Source: the human T2T-CHM13v2.0 reference genome, Homo sapiens
Length of the DNA: 64,000 nt
Direction: 5' to 3' (one strand)
Assembly (NCBI RefSeq): GCF_009914755.1
Contig: NC_060925.1
The notes under the pieces were generated by a model. That model saw nothing but the letters and a program-made list of their open reading frames with translations, did not search any database and was not told the origin of the DNA. Shown piece by piece: positions 46,518-60,130 of the stretch (its first letter is position 1; the number at the start of each line of letters is the position of its first letter). A program made the translations under genes and the position numbers.

Positions 46518-47974
46518 TTAATGCTCTTTTCATCAGGACATAAATGCATGTAGAAGGAAACCCATGATGCTGCCTTTAGCATTTCATTTTAGCAAAACAC
46601 AGTCAAGCTCAGTTTTGGTTTCTAAAGCTAATATATAGCCATAGTATTTGGAGAAAGTCATGCCACCAATATATGGCAGGATAACTATGGCATATCAGCC
46701 AAGAGTAAGCCTGGCAAAGATGGTCTATTGCAAGGCATGCTATTATCTGGTCTGTTAATTCTAGGAACCAAAATCTTGTCTGCAGTTGTCACAAAAGTCT
46801 ATTTGCTATAGGTATATGTATTAATATATGTATTTAAAGAGATTTTTTTAAAAACACTAGACTATAAATACAGCACAAAGCACTAATTCAGAATGACTAA
46901 ATTTACATATAGACATATAGCTTGCTTTATAATGAACTCAAGCATAATAATCTGCAACAAACTATAGATACTCTCTTATGGCTCATATAACTAACCTCAA
47001 ATTCCTCCACAGTAGGGATTATTGAAATATTTTCATATGTGTCTAGGAGAATTGTCTTTGTTTTGATATCTTTTGATCATTTTGGTCTGGTTCTGCAGAT
47101 GCTCTTATTTTTGACTCACACTGTTTTTCTATCAAGGTCCTTATTCTGTTGACAGAGAATTTTCAGTCTCTGTTATCTGCAACGGCGCAAAGTTTGGATT
47201 CTAAACCACGCAAATTTATCAACTGCAGGTTAGCAAAGTTTCTAGCTTCTAATCTTATTTGAAAAAAATATCTATTACTAGGTACATGTTACTCCCAAGG
47301 GGTTTCTCTCTATATTTTAGTCATTTTCCAGTTTTTTTCTCTAAATGCTTTCTAACTGCTGCCTACAAGTTTTGCCACAGGCTGTCAAGCAGGAGGAGGG
47401 AAGACAGGGCAGTGGGAGTTGGGGAGACCTGCTTTCTATCCCCTGCATTTTCAGTGGGAAGAAATGTGTGTATCTCCAATCTGAACTGAAAAGGCCTCTG
47501 TTACTAGGAAAGAGTCAAAGATGCCGGGAGCAACACTAGTTCAAAAAGAGCTCTGGCAGCCATGACCTGGGATTTTACCTTTTAACCATTTCACACTCAA
47601 TTTTGGACAGGCTACAGAATTGTCTTTCAAAACAAGCAGAAAGCAGTCTGGAGTTCTGGCTCTTAAAAGAGCCAGCAAACAGAATTTGAAGAGGTAGTTT
47701 AAAAACTTAAGTTTTTAAAGAAGTTTTTAAGAATTAGAGTTTAAACAAGAAAGTATTATTCAATCTTGCCAAATTTCAGGATGACCAAATTCTTTTATCT
47801 GCTCATTAACTTTTTGCAATGAAGCTTATCTATACAGCTCTTGGGTCAGACAGCTTGGCTTTACACACTGAGAGCTATTCTCCCTGTAAACCTGTCCACT
47901 CTCACCCCCATCTCCTTGCTTCCGCCAAACCTCTCAAAACTATAATTCAGCTGCCTAACCAGGTCTTGTATAAG

Positions 47975-48255
47975 ACACATTTCCCAAATGAAGTCTGCAG
48001 AACCCCTTTTCCCAAGCCTTTAACAAGTGTGCTGTGAAGACACTATGCTAGGCTGAAAAACATATGGGAAATGCTGAATTAAATTAAGGAAAAAGGTTCA
48101 TTTGTTTCAGGACTGCTCAGGATCTTTAATATGTTAATGGACATTGTAACTCAGAAAGAGAGTTTGTGTGATCATGATGGACTATTTCGTGGTATGTGTA
48201 TGTTAACTGTAAGAGTTTTTTGTGTATCCAAAAGATGGTTTGGGAAATGCTGTCC
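47975..48255. mobile_element. MER103C-like hAT-Charlie fragment
   Basis: gggaaatgctgaattaaa...caggactgctcaggatctttaatatgttaatggacattgt. Confidence 0.6.
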
Positions 48256-48887
48256 TAAGAACATTATCCAAACAGTATTCTGAAATATATCCTTATGTTA
48301 TTCAACCCAGGTATTATAAGATATAAGTAAGGAATATAAAACCAGTTCTATTTTCTGCCTTCATATTATAGCCGAGGGCCTGCACCCAACCTGACATATC
48401 TGAGTCAGTTTTGACACCAGCTCTTTCACCTTCAGATCCAAATCCAGCATTCAGAATTCCCCACACTATGGCTCCAAATTACCTTCTGAGTTTTTCTACC
48501 TGACATTTGGGGAGGGACTGTACATAAACAAGGCAATAGTTGCATCTCTCACTATCATCCACATATACATATGGAAGTATTCATCCCTTGAATCAGTCCC
48601 TAGAATCTCCCACCTCTGCACTTTTCTCATTCCACCTCTTATCCTTTAAATGTCCCTTCTTCCCATCTCCACTTGTCAAAATCCAACCTGTCCTGTTAGG
48701 GCAATCTCAAACTCTTTCAGACGGCCTTTCTCCGTCAACCCTTTCCAGAACAAAAAGTTGTTCCTTCTCTCTTCTTTGAACTGTCATAGTCCTTTGACTG
48801 TTTTTGATGGTACTTAACATTCTGCCAGAAATGATTATTTACCATGGGGTTTCTTCTTATCTTCTTTAATAGTACTAACTTCTGTCT

Positions 48888-49085
48888 GTTGAGCACCTAC
48901 TGCATATCAGGTACTTTTGTTAGGGGCTTTATGTACCTTTTTCTTACTACCTGAAAAGTTAGCATTCTTACAGCCTTTTACAAATTAGGAAAAAGTTGAG
49001 TCACTCAAGCATCCTAGCTGGTAAATTATGGCTGGAATTGTCCTTAGACCTAGACTCTAGTCTGCCTCCCTCTAAAGCCCTTTAG
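48888..49085 (+). mobile_element. MIR
   Basis: ttgagcacctactgcatatcaggtact...ctagctggtaaattatggc. Confidence 0.55.
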
Positions 49086-49519
49086 CTGAAAGAAGTGGTC
49101 TTTACCTCATTAAGGAAAGAATTCTGTAAAGGGTTCTACTACCCAATTGCACAAACCACAAGCACCAGAAACTTCATTACGATAATGAAGTAGAACCCTA
49201 AAGAGGTTTATAAATAAGAGACTTCCCAAAGACTTCAGCAGGATTACTGAGAAGGACTAAACCATTCTCTGTAGTAAAAATCACACCAATTGGTTGTATA
49301 ACAGATTCTGATTCCCCTCACTAATGCCTTTTCACCATCAAGCAGTGAAATCTTAGGATATTCCCTCCTTGCCAAAATAGGCTCAGTTTTCCTCTGGATT
49401 CTCTTTTGGTGCCTATTTTATTTTAGTAATATTATGCCTCCTCAGGAGAATAATAATAGTAACTTCTGTACCAAAATAAAAATAATGATAATTATAATGA
49501 TAATAAATATATAATAAAA

Positions 49520-49730
49520 CCTATTTATTCAGGGCCTACCACTGTATTAGGTTATGTATTAGTTGCTTTATATATATTATCTTATTTAATTGTCACTATA
49601 ACTTTATATGTCCCATTATTCTCGTTTTACCCACGAGAATACCCACGAGAAAACTGAGATTCAGGGAGACTAAACAGCTTGCCTAAGGTCACGCAGCTAC
49701 TAGCAACGACAGCTCTGGGATTCTGGTCTA
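49520..49730 (+). mobile_element. MIR
   Basis: gagaaaactgagattcaggg...cttgcctaaggtcacgcagctac. Confidence 0.7.
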
Positions 49731-49768
49731 CATACATATCACTTATTTAAAAACCAAACTCTTCTATT

Positions 49769-52025
49769 CAGTGGTCCTCTAACTGGAGTACACACCCCAA
49801 AGGGTGTGTATATCTTCATACATTTTTTGAAGGTATATAGTGTGCACTTCTAAGAAAATCAGTTTCTGGATCTTCAACCCTCCTACTTGAGATATTCTTT
49901 CCTAGAGAACAGACCTGTGTTCACAATAGCTCTTCATTTCCCTCACCTATTTTAAATCTTACTATGGGCACATTGCCCTAGGATGTAAAAACCTCAAAGA
50001 GCCAGGCAAAGGGAGGGTTTCCTTTGATGGGTAATGAAGGGACCATGAACCCTAGGCTTCCTGCCTTTCCTGGCATTATTCTTCTATCTATTAAAGGTGG
50101 AGAGTAGCATTCCCTATGCTGGGAAGTTGTGATTTAGATACATGGTAGAGTGGGGTGGCGGGAGAAGTGATACTTTTTTTTAATAGCCTGGCCTCTTTCA
50201 TTTCCTGACTATTGAGGGAGAGTCTTATAAAAGAAAGCAGAAACTGTCCATAAGGAATATAGAATGCTAAAAATAGATTCAGTAAGACATTTACATGCAA
50301 CCTTTTCCCAGTTATTTTCAAAGGAGTATTGCTTACTCCTTTATAGCTATAAAGCAAGTCGTGTCTGAACAACATATATGGGGTGGGGATGATACGGGAG
50401 GAGGGCAGAGGAGTGCAGAGAAGTGCTGGGAGAAGGAAGACAGGGTCCCTGGTGAGGGCCCCACCTCCGGGCCTGTGGGCACGGACCTAGGCGAGGACAG
50501 GCATTTCTGTTTTTGTGCCCAAATGTTGCATTTTCCAAGACCACCCCCTGTCCTGCCCCGCCCCCGTCCTGTGCCCATGAAAGCCCCGAGACCCTAGTGG
50601 GCAGAGACAGAAGTGGGTGGACATGGAGAGGAACACACTGGCCGAAGAGCACACCGACAGGCACCAGCAGACGCTGCCAGGCCATTGACCGACGAAACGA
50701 CGTGGAGTTTGGTCGGGATGGTGGGAGGAGACCGCAGCCGCTGCCCGCCCCGACTACAGGGGAAAACCACCTTCCCACTGCATGCTCCATACCGCTTGTG
50801 GCTCCCCATCCATCTGCTGAGAGCTACTTCCACCACCCAATAAAACCTTGCACTCATTCTCCAAGCCCACGTGTGATCTGATTTTTCTGGTACACTAAGG
50901 CAAGAACCCAAAGTCCACTGTCCTTGAGATAGGGCAGAGGGTCTAATTGAGCTGATTCACACAAGCTGCCTACAGACGGCAAAAACTAAAAGAGCACATG
51001 GTAACACATGCCCGCCGAGGCTTCAGGAGCTGTAGACATTCACCCCCAGAAGCTGCCTTGGGGTCAGAGCCCACGCTCCCTACAACCTGCCTGTCTGCCT
51101 GCTCCCTCTAGGGGGTTTTGAGCAGCGGGGCACTGAAGAAAGGAGCCACACCCTCATCGCACGCCCTGTGAGGGGCACAAGGGAACTTTTCCTGTTTCAG
51201 TGACACTAATTCTTTTCATTGTAACAAGAAGCTTTTTCAAGATACATTAGCAAAAACACAGATGAAATTTTATGTGATCTCTTTTTCAGATCTGATAGTT
51301 AAAACCTATATTATAAAGTCATATGAAATATTTATTACAGTTACAACCAATCCTTATTTATCCTATAAAATTTTTAAATTATTTAAAACTCATTAACAAA
51401 CAATAAAGATATGTGCTAGTGACAAATCTATATACAAGAAAAGATCAAAATTGATCATGATTCATATTTATAGGAAACGTATTCCCTATATGATTTTATA
51501 TATTATTATAATCAATATTTATAAAAATATTTATTTGGTTGTGATCATCATAGTTTCAATGCAATTCAATATTTTAAAAAACATTGAACACTTTAGGTCA
51601 CTGGAAATAAATCGAACATTTTAATTTCTAAATTTTAATTAATATACTTTTTAAAAATTGTAGCTATCATGAGGTGATCAAAGAAGTTAAACAAAAGACT
51701 TTTGACCGTAAAACATATCAGGATAGATTTTTTTTTGTGGGGAAGCAGAAGAGAAACATGAATTTAAATAGGATAAAGAAATATGTTAAATTTCCAAATG
51801 TTAAAAAATAAGCTTTCTTATGTTTTTAAAGTGAATGATGGTGGGTATCAAATGGTTGTGATATTACATTTTATTGGATAATGTAACAGTTTTATGTTGA
51901 AATGTCATATTTAAATATACCAGCAAATGTATATATGATTTTTATATGTCAACGTTAAAATCTGTGAGAGGGTACGTAGTTTTCAAAATTCTTGGGCATG
52001 CAAGCAAGAAATGCAGAAGACCCCT
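49769..52025. mobile_element. Old hAT-Charlie (MER113/Charlie4-like) element split by the LTR1
   Basis: Ends cagtggtcctctaactggagtacacaccc / gggtacgtagttttcaaaattctt...gaagacccct; AT-rich interior. Confidence 0.45.
50390..51199 (+). mobile_element. LTR1-family (ERV1) solo LTR
   Basis: tgatacgg...gggtccctggtgagggccccacc...ggacctaggcgaggacaggcatttc; AATAAA ~50839; ends cctgtttca; flanks ggga/gtga. Confidence 0.88.
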
Positions 52026-52126
52026 ATTCTATATTACACATCTTCATTTTTATAATAAGACTTTGGTTATTAGTTACAGAATGATTTTGCTTAATATTGC
52101 TCAAGATATAGTCTTTGCTTACGAAG

Positions 52127-52426
52127 TTTTTTTTATTTTTTGACCCAAGGTCTCCCTCTGTTGCTCAGGCTGAAGTGCCATGGTGCCATCAAGGCTCACT
52201 GGAGCCTTGACTCTTTGGGCTCAAGTAATCCTCCCACCTCAGCCTCCTGAGTAGCTGGGACTACAGGCATATGCTACCACACCCGGCTAATTTTATTTTT
52301 ATTTTTTATAGAGACAAGGTCTTACTAGGTTACCTAGGCTTATCTCAAACTCCTGAGTTCAAGTGATCCTCCTGCCTTGGCCTCCCAAAGTGCTAGGACC
52401 ACAGGCATGAGCCACCATGCCTGGTC
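52127..52426 (-). mobile_element. AluJ
   Basis: gggctcaagtaatcctcccacctcagcc. Confidence 0.92.
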
Positions 52427-52864
52427 GATTAAGTTTCAGTTTCCTAAAATGTGCAGCAGGACTCAGTAAGATTTTTAACTTTGTAGGCATGGAAGGAGAT
52501 ATCCTTAGATGTGTGCCTACAGGACAGCTATCACTGGTGCTGGCCATTGAAAATATGTGCTTGATAAGATCAGAAGTATGGGTCAAAGTGAACTTGATTA
52601 TTCAGTTTATCACTACATAAAGAAGGAAAGAATTTACTAAAGGCCATGGGCAGTCCAGAGAAGGATCATTAGAAAAGGAAACAGTAAAATAGCCTACTAT
52701 ATCTTGGTAGAGAAAGAAACACGTCACTGTTAATTTTTGTTAAATATTGGTAATATCAGTTCAATTAGTCCAATTGTAGTTATGTTCTGTTACGTTAAAA
52801 AAAAAGCCTTATATTTATGTATCTTAAGAACACACAATAATATAGCTTATAGTACTTAAGAAGT

Positions 52865-53168
52865 GGCCAAGTGTGGTGGTTTCTGGCTGTAATCCAAGCA
52901 TTTTAGAGGGCTGAATTCTTGAGGCCAGGAATTTAAGACCAGCCTGGGCAACATAGTCAGACCCCATCTCTATAAAAAATAATTTTGAAAAATTAGCTGG
53001 GTGTGGTGGCACATTCCTGTAGTCCTAGCTACTCAGGAGGCTGAGACAGGGGGACTGCTTGAGGCCAGGAGTTCAAGATTACAGTGAGCTACGATTGTGG
53101 CACTGCACTCCAGCCTGGATGACAGAGCAAGTATCTTTCTCTAAAAACAAAACAAAACAAAACAAAAA
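52865..53168 (+). mobile_element. AluJ with (AAAAC)n tail
   Basis: cttgaggccaggagttcaagattacagtgagctacgattg. Confidence 0.92.
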
Positions 53169-53197
53169 CTGAAGAGTTAAAATACATTGCTGTATTA

Positions 53198-53521
53198 CAG
53201 TAGCCCCCAACCTTTTTGGCACCAGGGACCAGTTTTGTGGGAGACAAATTTTCCAGGGACAAATTTGAGAGGAGCAGGGGAGAGGTCAGATGATTTGGGG
53301 ATGAAACTGATTCTCATAAGGGGCATGTAGCCTAGATCCCTTACATGCACAGTTCACAACATATATGCTCCTATGAAAATCTAACACCCCCGCTGATCTC
53401 ACCAGAGGCGGAGCTCAGGCAGTAAAGCTCACTGGAAGCTGCTCACCTCCTGCTGTGTGGCCCAGCTCCCAGCGGGCCACAGACCAGTAGTGGTCTGTGG
53501 CCGCTACTGTGGGGACCCCTG
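53198..53521 (+). mobile_element. MER1B hAT-Charlie element
   Basis: cagtagcccccaacctttttggcaccagggacc...ggggacccctg; perfect 8-bp TSD ctgtatta. Confidence 0.9.
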
Positions 53522-53887
53522 CTGTATTAGACTAAACACTATAAAAATATTTTTATATTTTTCTCACACATATTTTTTGTTTACTTAGTCCTACTATTAA
53601 TTGCTGCTAATTCACCCTAGCTAGTTCTGTTATTATTTTGTGTAAGTAATAGCATTTACATGACAGACAAGTGAAAAATGTAGAATAACACATAATTTCA
53701 TATAAATGCCCATTTTCATAGTTTTATGTTAACTTAGGAATAATTTGTTATATATGTTATATTAAGATTTTTTGGATGTAGTATGCCTGGGTCCTTATTT
53801 GTCTCTCTAAAAAACTGATTACCTAGGAGAGACAAGGACTCAAAACATAGCCGGGCCAAAAAAAATGAATGTAACTTACATGGTTGA

Positions 53888-54304
<417 letters not shown>

Positions 54305-54474
54305 TAAACAGATATTGATATTTGGATTCTGATATTTTCTTGGCTATGACTAAAAATATATATTTTTAAATTGTTACCCTAAACAAATCTCACTAGTGAG
54401 TTAAATGGAAATGTACATGTGGGTATAGCATGCTGTGTTTGTAGGTGGTGAGAAGCTAGGAACCCAATCACTGA

Positions 54475-54475
<1 letters not shown>

Positions 54476-54509
<34 letters not shown>
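54476..54509. repeat. (AC)n microsatellite, ~17 units
   Basis: Seen directly. Confidence 0.93.
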
Positions 54510-54512
<3 letters not shown>

Positions 54513-54639
54513 TCCTGAATCTTGGTCCTTTTCGTACTCTCTAGGACTCTCGGCTCTGACATTTTATTTCAGGTTAATTTTCTAAGGCCTGAATAAAGAT
54601 AACATCTTGGTTTTAATCACACACACATAGACATTCTAA

Positions 54640-54865
54640 AATTAGCACTTATGCATGTACTCTGTCAAGAATGGTGACCAGCATATGTGTTTTCTCATTT
54701 CTCTTACTCTGTTATAATAAGGTGAGATGTGGGTGCTATTATTATACCTATTTTCCAGATAAAGAAACAGAGGTTTGGTGAGATTATAAAATATGCCCAA
54801 GATAACCTAGCTACTAAAGAGTAGAGATAAAATTTGAACCTAGATATTTATAACTCCAAAGACTG
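54640..54865 (+). mobile_element. MIR
   Basis: attatacctattttccagataaagaaacagagg...tgcccaagataacctagcta...atttgaacctag. Confidence 0.75.
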
Positions 54866-55757
54866 TGACTTCATCTTCATGAAGGCCTGGAGTGTGTCTA
54901 TTTTTGTTCCCCGTTGAATCCTCAGGTTCTAAGCAGTTCCTGGCACATGGTAGACATCCAGCAACTATTTGGTAAATGAAAAGCCATACTGCTGTGTGGT
55001 CAGTTGAATCACATGCATAGGGAGCCTAGAGCCCTGTGGCAACCCTTGCTAGGGCACTATCATATCACCCCCTGCATTGGGCTCAAGTGGCATTCATCGA
55101 CTCCCTAATTAGATGTGTGAATTCCTTGAGTGCAGGATCTTGCTTTATTGCCTCTAGTAAAGCCCCATAACTAGCATAGAGAAATAATGCCTGAATCATG
55201 GTAGGTCCTCAGTAAGTATGAATGAATAAAAGCCTGAAAGATATATCAGAATCTTGAAAATGGTGGCAAGATTTCTAGATTCTCTTTTGACTATTGCTTT
55301 AACAGTCAGACACCTACATGTGTCAAACCTCGTGGTCTTTACTTAGGTGGCAAAAAGGCAAGAACAGTGTTGCTAAGTCAGGGTATATTTTTGGCACCAT
55401 TTTGGTGGATTTGTCAGGATAAGCAAAGTCTAAGTCATTGTGAAGAGGGCCAATGACCTTGCCACTCCAATTCCAGAAACCACACCCTTACTCTGTGAAT
55501 CCAGTGAGACTGAGCCCCTTATTCTCTGACACACACTATCCTGTGCGTTCTTAAGAAGGTACCTAAATGATTGTCATGAATCTTCTATGATTTGGTGTGA
55601 AGAGGGACAGCAGAAAACTTGTGAATGATGAACTGGGTAAACCTACAGTGCTCCTCCCGGGATCACATCAGTCAGTGGATGAATGTAGGATTTAAATTCC
55701 GTCTGGGAAGTTAATCCTTTCTGGGTCACAGAAACTGGAGGTGGTGTTTTTAGTTAA

Positions 55758-56175
<418 letters not shown>

Positions 56176-56458
56176 GACACCAGCAATCTCTTTCTAGCAG
56201 TGCCATGGCAGTTATCCTGCTGCTTGACAAACCCCAGACTCAAATGCTTCTCACCAGTACTTTTTGGTCAGTAATTCTTAGAGGTGAGGGTTGAGGATGT
56301 GAAGCCAGAGGTATGTTTGCCCAGCAGTCACACATTTATGTTGATTGATACAATACTACTTTATATAGCACTTATAATTTTATGCAAAGCTCATCACGTT
56401 TCTTCAGAAAAATAATTAATATGCACTTCATGTGTTCTTTCCTTTAGTCCTACTACTT

Positions 56459-56822
56459 TGATATGGTTTGGCTGTGTTCCCACCCAAATGTCATTTTGAA
56501 TTGTAGTTCCCATAATTCCTACATGTTGTGGGAGGGACCCAGTGAGAGATAATTGAATCATGGGAGTGGTTTCCCCCATACTGTTCTCATGGTAGTAAAT
56601 AAGTCTCATGAGATCTGATGGCTTTATACGGGGAAACCCCTATCGCTTCATTCTCATTCTCTCTCTTGCCTGCCACCATGTAAGGCATGTCTTTCATCTT
56701 CCATCATGCTTGTGAGGCCTCCCCAGCCACGTGGAACTGTGAGTCCATTAAACCTCTTTTTCTTTATAAATTACCCAGTCTCAGGTATGTCTTTATCAGC
56801 ATCGTGAAAACAGACTAATACA
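56459..56822 (+). mobile_element. THE1 (B/C-like) solo LTR
   Basis: tgatatggtttggctgtgttcccacccaaat...cagactaataca. Confidence 0.93.
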
Positions 56823-57519
56823 CACTCCCTTACTTAGGATTTATATTTGTCTATATCTGTGTTTCCTCTGTAAATGCTGTGGGTCACTTCCATAGTATAG
56901 TTCTTCCTGGATAGTTTGAAAGCACAGACGCTTGATATCTATGCTGGTGTATGCAGCAGAAAGAGAAGTAGTAGTGATACTGAGATTTATAAGCAGTTAC
57001 TATGTGTCAAGGAGTGGTCTAGGCACTTTTTATATATTATTTAATGTAATTTTAACAAATGGAGCTCATCTAGAAGGTTGAAGAGATCATACAAGTTCTC
57101 CTGAATAATCCAGCATTTGATGGAGCTGTGACTCAGGTCCAGATCAGCCTGATTTCACTGGTCTTCCAGTATTTCTTATCTCCGTGAATGGCACCAGCAT
57201 GCCCTGGTGTGGGAAGCCAGGACCTGGGGGACAAGGTTCACCTCTCTCACCTCTTCTAATTCCCGAGCATTGCTGGGTCCTGTCGCTCTTTCATCCTCAT
57301 AGCCCTCAACACTCTATTTCTGTCCATCTTCTGTGCTCTGCTCCATTGTTCCCATCATTTCTTCCCCGGCCTACTGTACTGCTTCCTACCTAGACTTCTC
57401 AGTTGGGCTTTGGTTCCCTCCAATCACTTACCCACATTGCAGCCAGAGCAATCTTTAAAAACAGTGTAAGTCAAACCATGCCACTCCCCTATTCTCATTG
57501 TTTTTATAATAACGTAGCT

Positions 57520-58890
57520 ATACCGGTCTTGAGTATCTTTGGATTTTGGAGGCAACACGTACCACTTATGTGTGTGCTGCTCAGCCCTTTGCCAAGCAGC
57601 CTAATGGGCTGACAGTTTAGCATGCGGCCACAGTGAGAGATGGCTCTGCAATAGGCCCAGGTTGTGGTGTGAGCCACCTTTCCACTTAGGCCTCATGATC
57701 AAAAGATTCAATGGAATTCAGAATGTTAGCGGAAAATAAGAATTCTCTCTTTCTCTCTACAGACTTCTCTTGATAAAGCCTCTGGCCAGTCTAGGATTTG
57801 GAAGCAGAGCCATGTGCTCGTTTGTTGATTCTCCTTTTGAAAAGCATCTTCTGCATTGCTTCTGGACCCCAGGAGACACTGAACACATTACCATGGCATA
57901 GCAAGTGACCATGCGGCCTAAGCTGTCCATCCTAAAGTGGGCACTGTTTGATTCACCAGACCATAATGTGTGCAGCACAATTAATTGTCAAGTGGAAGTG
58001 GGATATATAAGATTGGGTTTGAGCATGTCTGGAAAGCACTAGCAAGTTCCATGAGCCAGTGGCCCAGACACTCACAACATCTGCTGCTATAGATAGGGCT
58101 GCTCAGTATGCTGGTCCACCCAGAGTGGACTGTTGCAGCATACAGGCCCAGCAGGGGTGGCCGTGAATTACAGCAGTGAAGATCTTCCCACTAGGTAGGA
58201 GTTTTGGCAGTACAGCTGGTTGGGCTCATCGGCATGGAATTCTCTGCTCCAAGGTTGATTTGACTACCTATTACTGCTTAGTGCCCAACTGCCCATATTA
58301 GTGGCCAATGGGCATGGACATGGCCTCATTCTTTGGAGAGTGGGATGGGGAAAGTAACCAGCCACCTGAAGGCAAATTAATTACGCTGAAGCCTGTTATG
58401 GACTAAGTTGTATCCTCCCTAAATTCATATGTTGAAGTCCTAACCCCAAGTACAAAATAATGTGATTGTATTTGGAAATAGGTTCTACAAAGAGGTAATT
58501 AAGTTAAAATGAAGTCATTAAAGTGTGTCCTAATCCAACATGACTGGTGTCTTTATAAGAAGAGGCAATTTGGACACAGACTTATAAAGAGGGAAGACTA
58601 TGGGAAGACACAGGGAAAAGACGGCCATCTACAAACCAAGAAGAGAGGCCTTAGAAGAATCTGCCACTGCTGACACCTCGATCTGGGACTTCTAGCTTCT
58701 GGAACTCTGAGAAAATAAAATTCCTATTGTTTAAGCCACCTGATTTGTGAGACTTTGTTATGGCAGGCCCAGGAAACTAATACAGAGCCTTTCCATTGCG
58801 GAGGGCAAAGCAGTTGGTCCTCAGTGGAGTAGACACTCATTCTGGGCATGGGCTTTCCTTCTTTGTCCATAGTGATTCAGCCAGCATCAG
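57520..58890 (+). mobile_element. Degraded ERVL internal pol remnant (RT/RNase H/integrase), interrupted by MLT1B
   Basis: IFGFWRQHVPL at ~57535 resembles the ERVL RT thumb; VLSGVDTHSGHG at ~58817 resembles the integrase motif around the first catalytic Asp. Confidence 0.75.
58394..58784 (+). mobile_element. MLT1B-like solo LTR
   Basis: tgttatggactaagttgt...aaattcatatgttgaagtcctaacccc...aaactaataca; TSD aagcc/gagcc. Confidence 0.9.
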
Positions 58891-59189
58891 GTAAGGAACT
58901 CTCTGCCCGGTGTAGGTACCGGCTGATCTTGGGGTCATGGCTGAATGATGGTTTCCTTCTTTCACCACACATTTCATGATATCCTCACCCTCCACAGGAG
59001 CTGCATCAGGACCTGATGGAGAAGACTTCATGTCACCTGGAGACTTGAGATGAATACAAAGACTGCTGAGAGTTTCTTCTCTCTTGTAGGGAAGAGGAAG
59101 AAGCATCTTGTTTGTATAATGGTTAGTGCCTCACATTAGGAGGAAGCAGGAATTACCATAGGAGCTGGCCTACTACATAGATCCACAAA

Positions 59190-59430
59190 GGTTTGAGCTT
59201 CCACCAGGTGAGTCCAGACCCTGGGCTGCAGAAACACTATCCCTTTTTTTGTGCCCCCCAGACTAAGGCTGAGAATGGCTTCCTGCTGTTGCTAATTTCT
59301 AGGTTCCCTCATCATCCTCTTTCTTTTCAGCTCTTTCTTCACCTGTAAAACCAATGCCTTACCTTGTTTTTTCTCTGTTTTAAATGTTCATAGTGGTTTC
59401 TATCATTCTGCCTAAACTGCCACTAACATG
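59190..59430 (+). mobile_element. Old ERVL LTR fragment (LTR33-like)
   Basis: aatggcttcctgctgttgctaatttctagg...tagtggtttct. Confidence 0.45.
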
Positions 59431-59945
59431 GTGGCCTAAAGACCATGATCATTTGGTCTCTGCCAACCTGTCTGTCATTCCAGACCACTCTTGCTAATTG
59501 CTTTTTGGGTGTCTTCCATATTATTTCCCCCCATTTCCTTGAATGTTTTAGCCTCCTTCTGCCAGAGAATCTTTGCACACGCTGTTCCTCTTAGAAAGAG
59601 CAGGAGAGTTCTTCCCTTCCCTGCCAGTTAACTCCTCTCAATCAAAAGATCATGTTGCAAATGTCAACTTCTCAGGAAAGACTTTTCTGACTGCAAATCT
59701 ACATCAGATACTTCATTATATTTTCTCTTAGAACCACAGTCTTTCCTCCAGAACACTTAGTATATTTTAAATGACATATTCACTATGTGGCTAATTAATC
59801 TTCCCTCATTAGATGGAAAATTCCATGAGATCCAAGATCGTGATGTTTTTCAGTCACCATTTTATCTCTAGCATCTAGTGTGGTGCCTGGCATATACTGA
59901 AAGTTCAATAAATACTTGTTGAATGAATGAATGAACAAATGAATA
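59430..59945 (+). mobile_element. L2 3' region
   Basis: ctttgcacacgctgttcctc...gtgcctggcatatactg...caataaatacttgttgaatgaatgaatgaa. Confidence 0.8.
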
Positions 59946-59959
59946 TACTCTTTCTGGAG

Positions 59960-60130
59960 TAGCAGTTCTAAACTTCAGCTGCACGTTGGAATCACCTGGG
60001 GAACTTAAAAAAGTACTGATACACGAGTCCCACCCCTAGAGCTTTTAACTTAATTGGTCTGCAGTGCAGACCTAAGCGTCAGGATTTTTGAAAGCTCCCC
60101 AGATACTTCTAGTGAGCGTCAAGGTTGTCA
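59960..60130. mobile_element. MER5A-like hAT MITE
   Basis: gttctaaacttcagctgcacgttggaatcacctggggaactt. Confidence 0.8.

Noticed and set aside
50295-50911. Overlapping GC-rich ORFs of 76-147 aa
   Set aside because: They lie largely within the LTR1 element; high GC content reduces stop codons
52127-53168. Closely spaced inverted Alu pair as an editing or instability substrate
   Set aside because: Common genome-wide; diverged AluJ copies; no evidence of transcription
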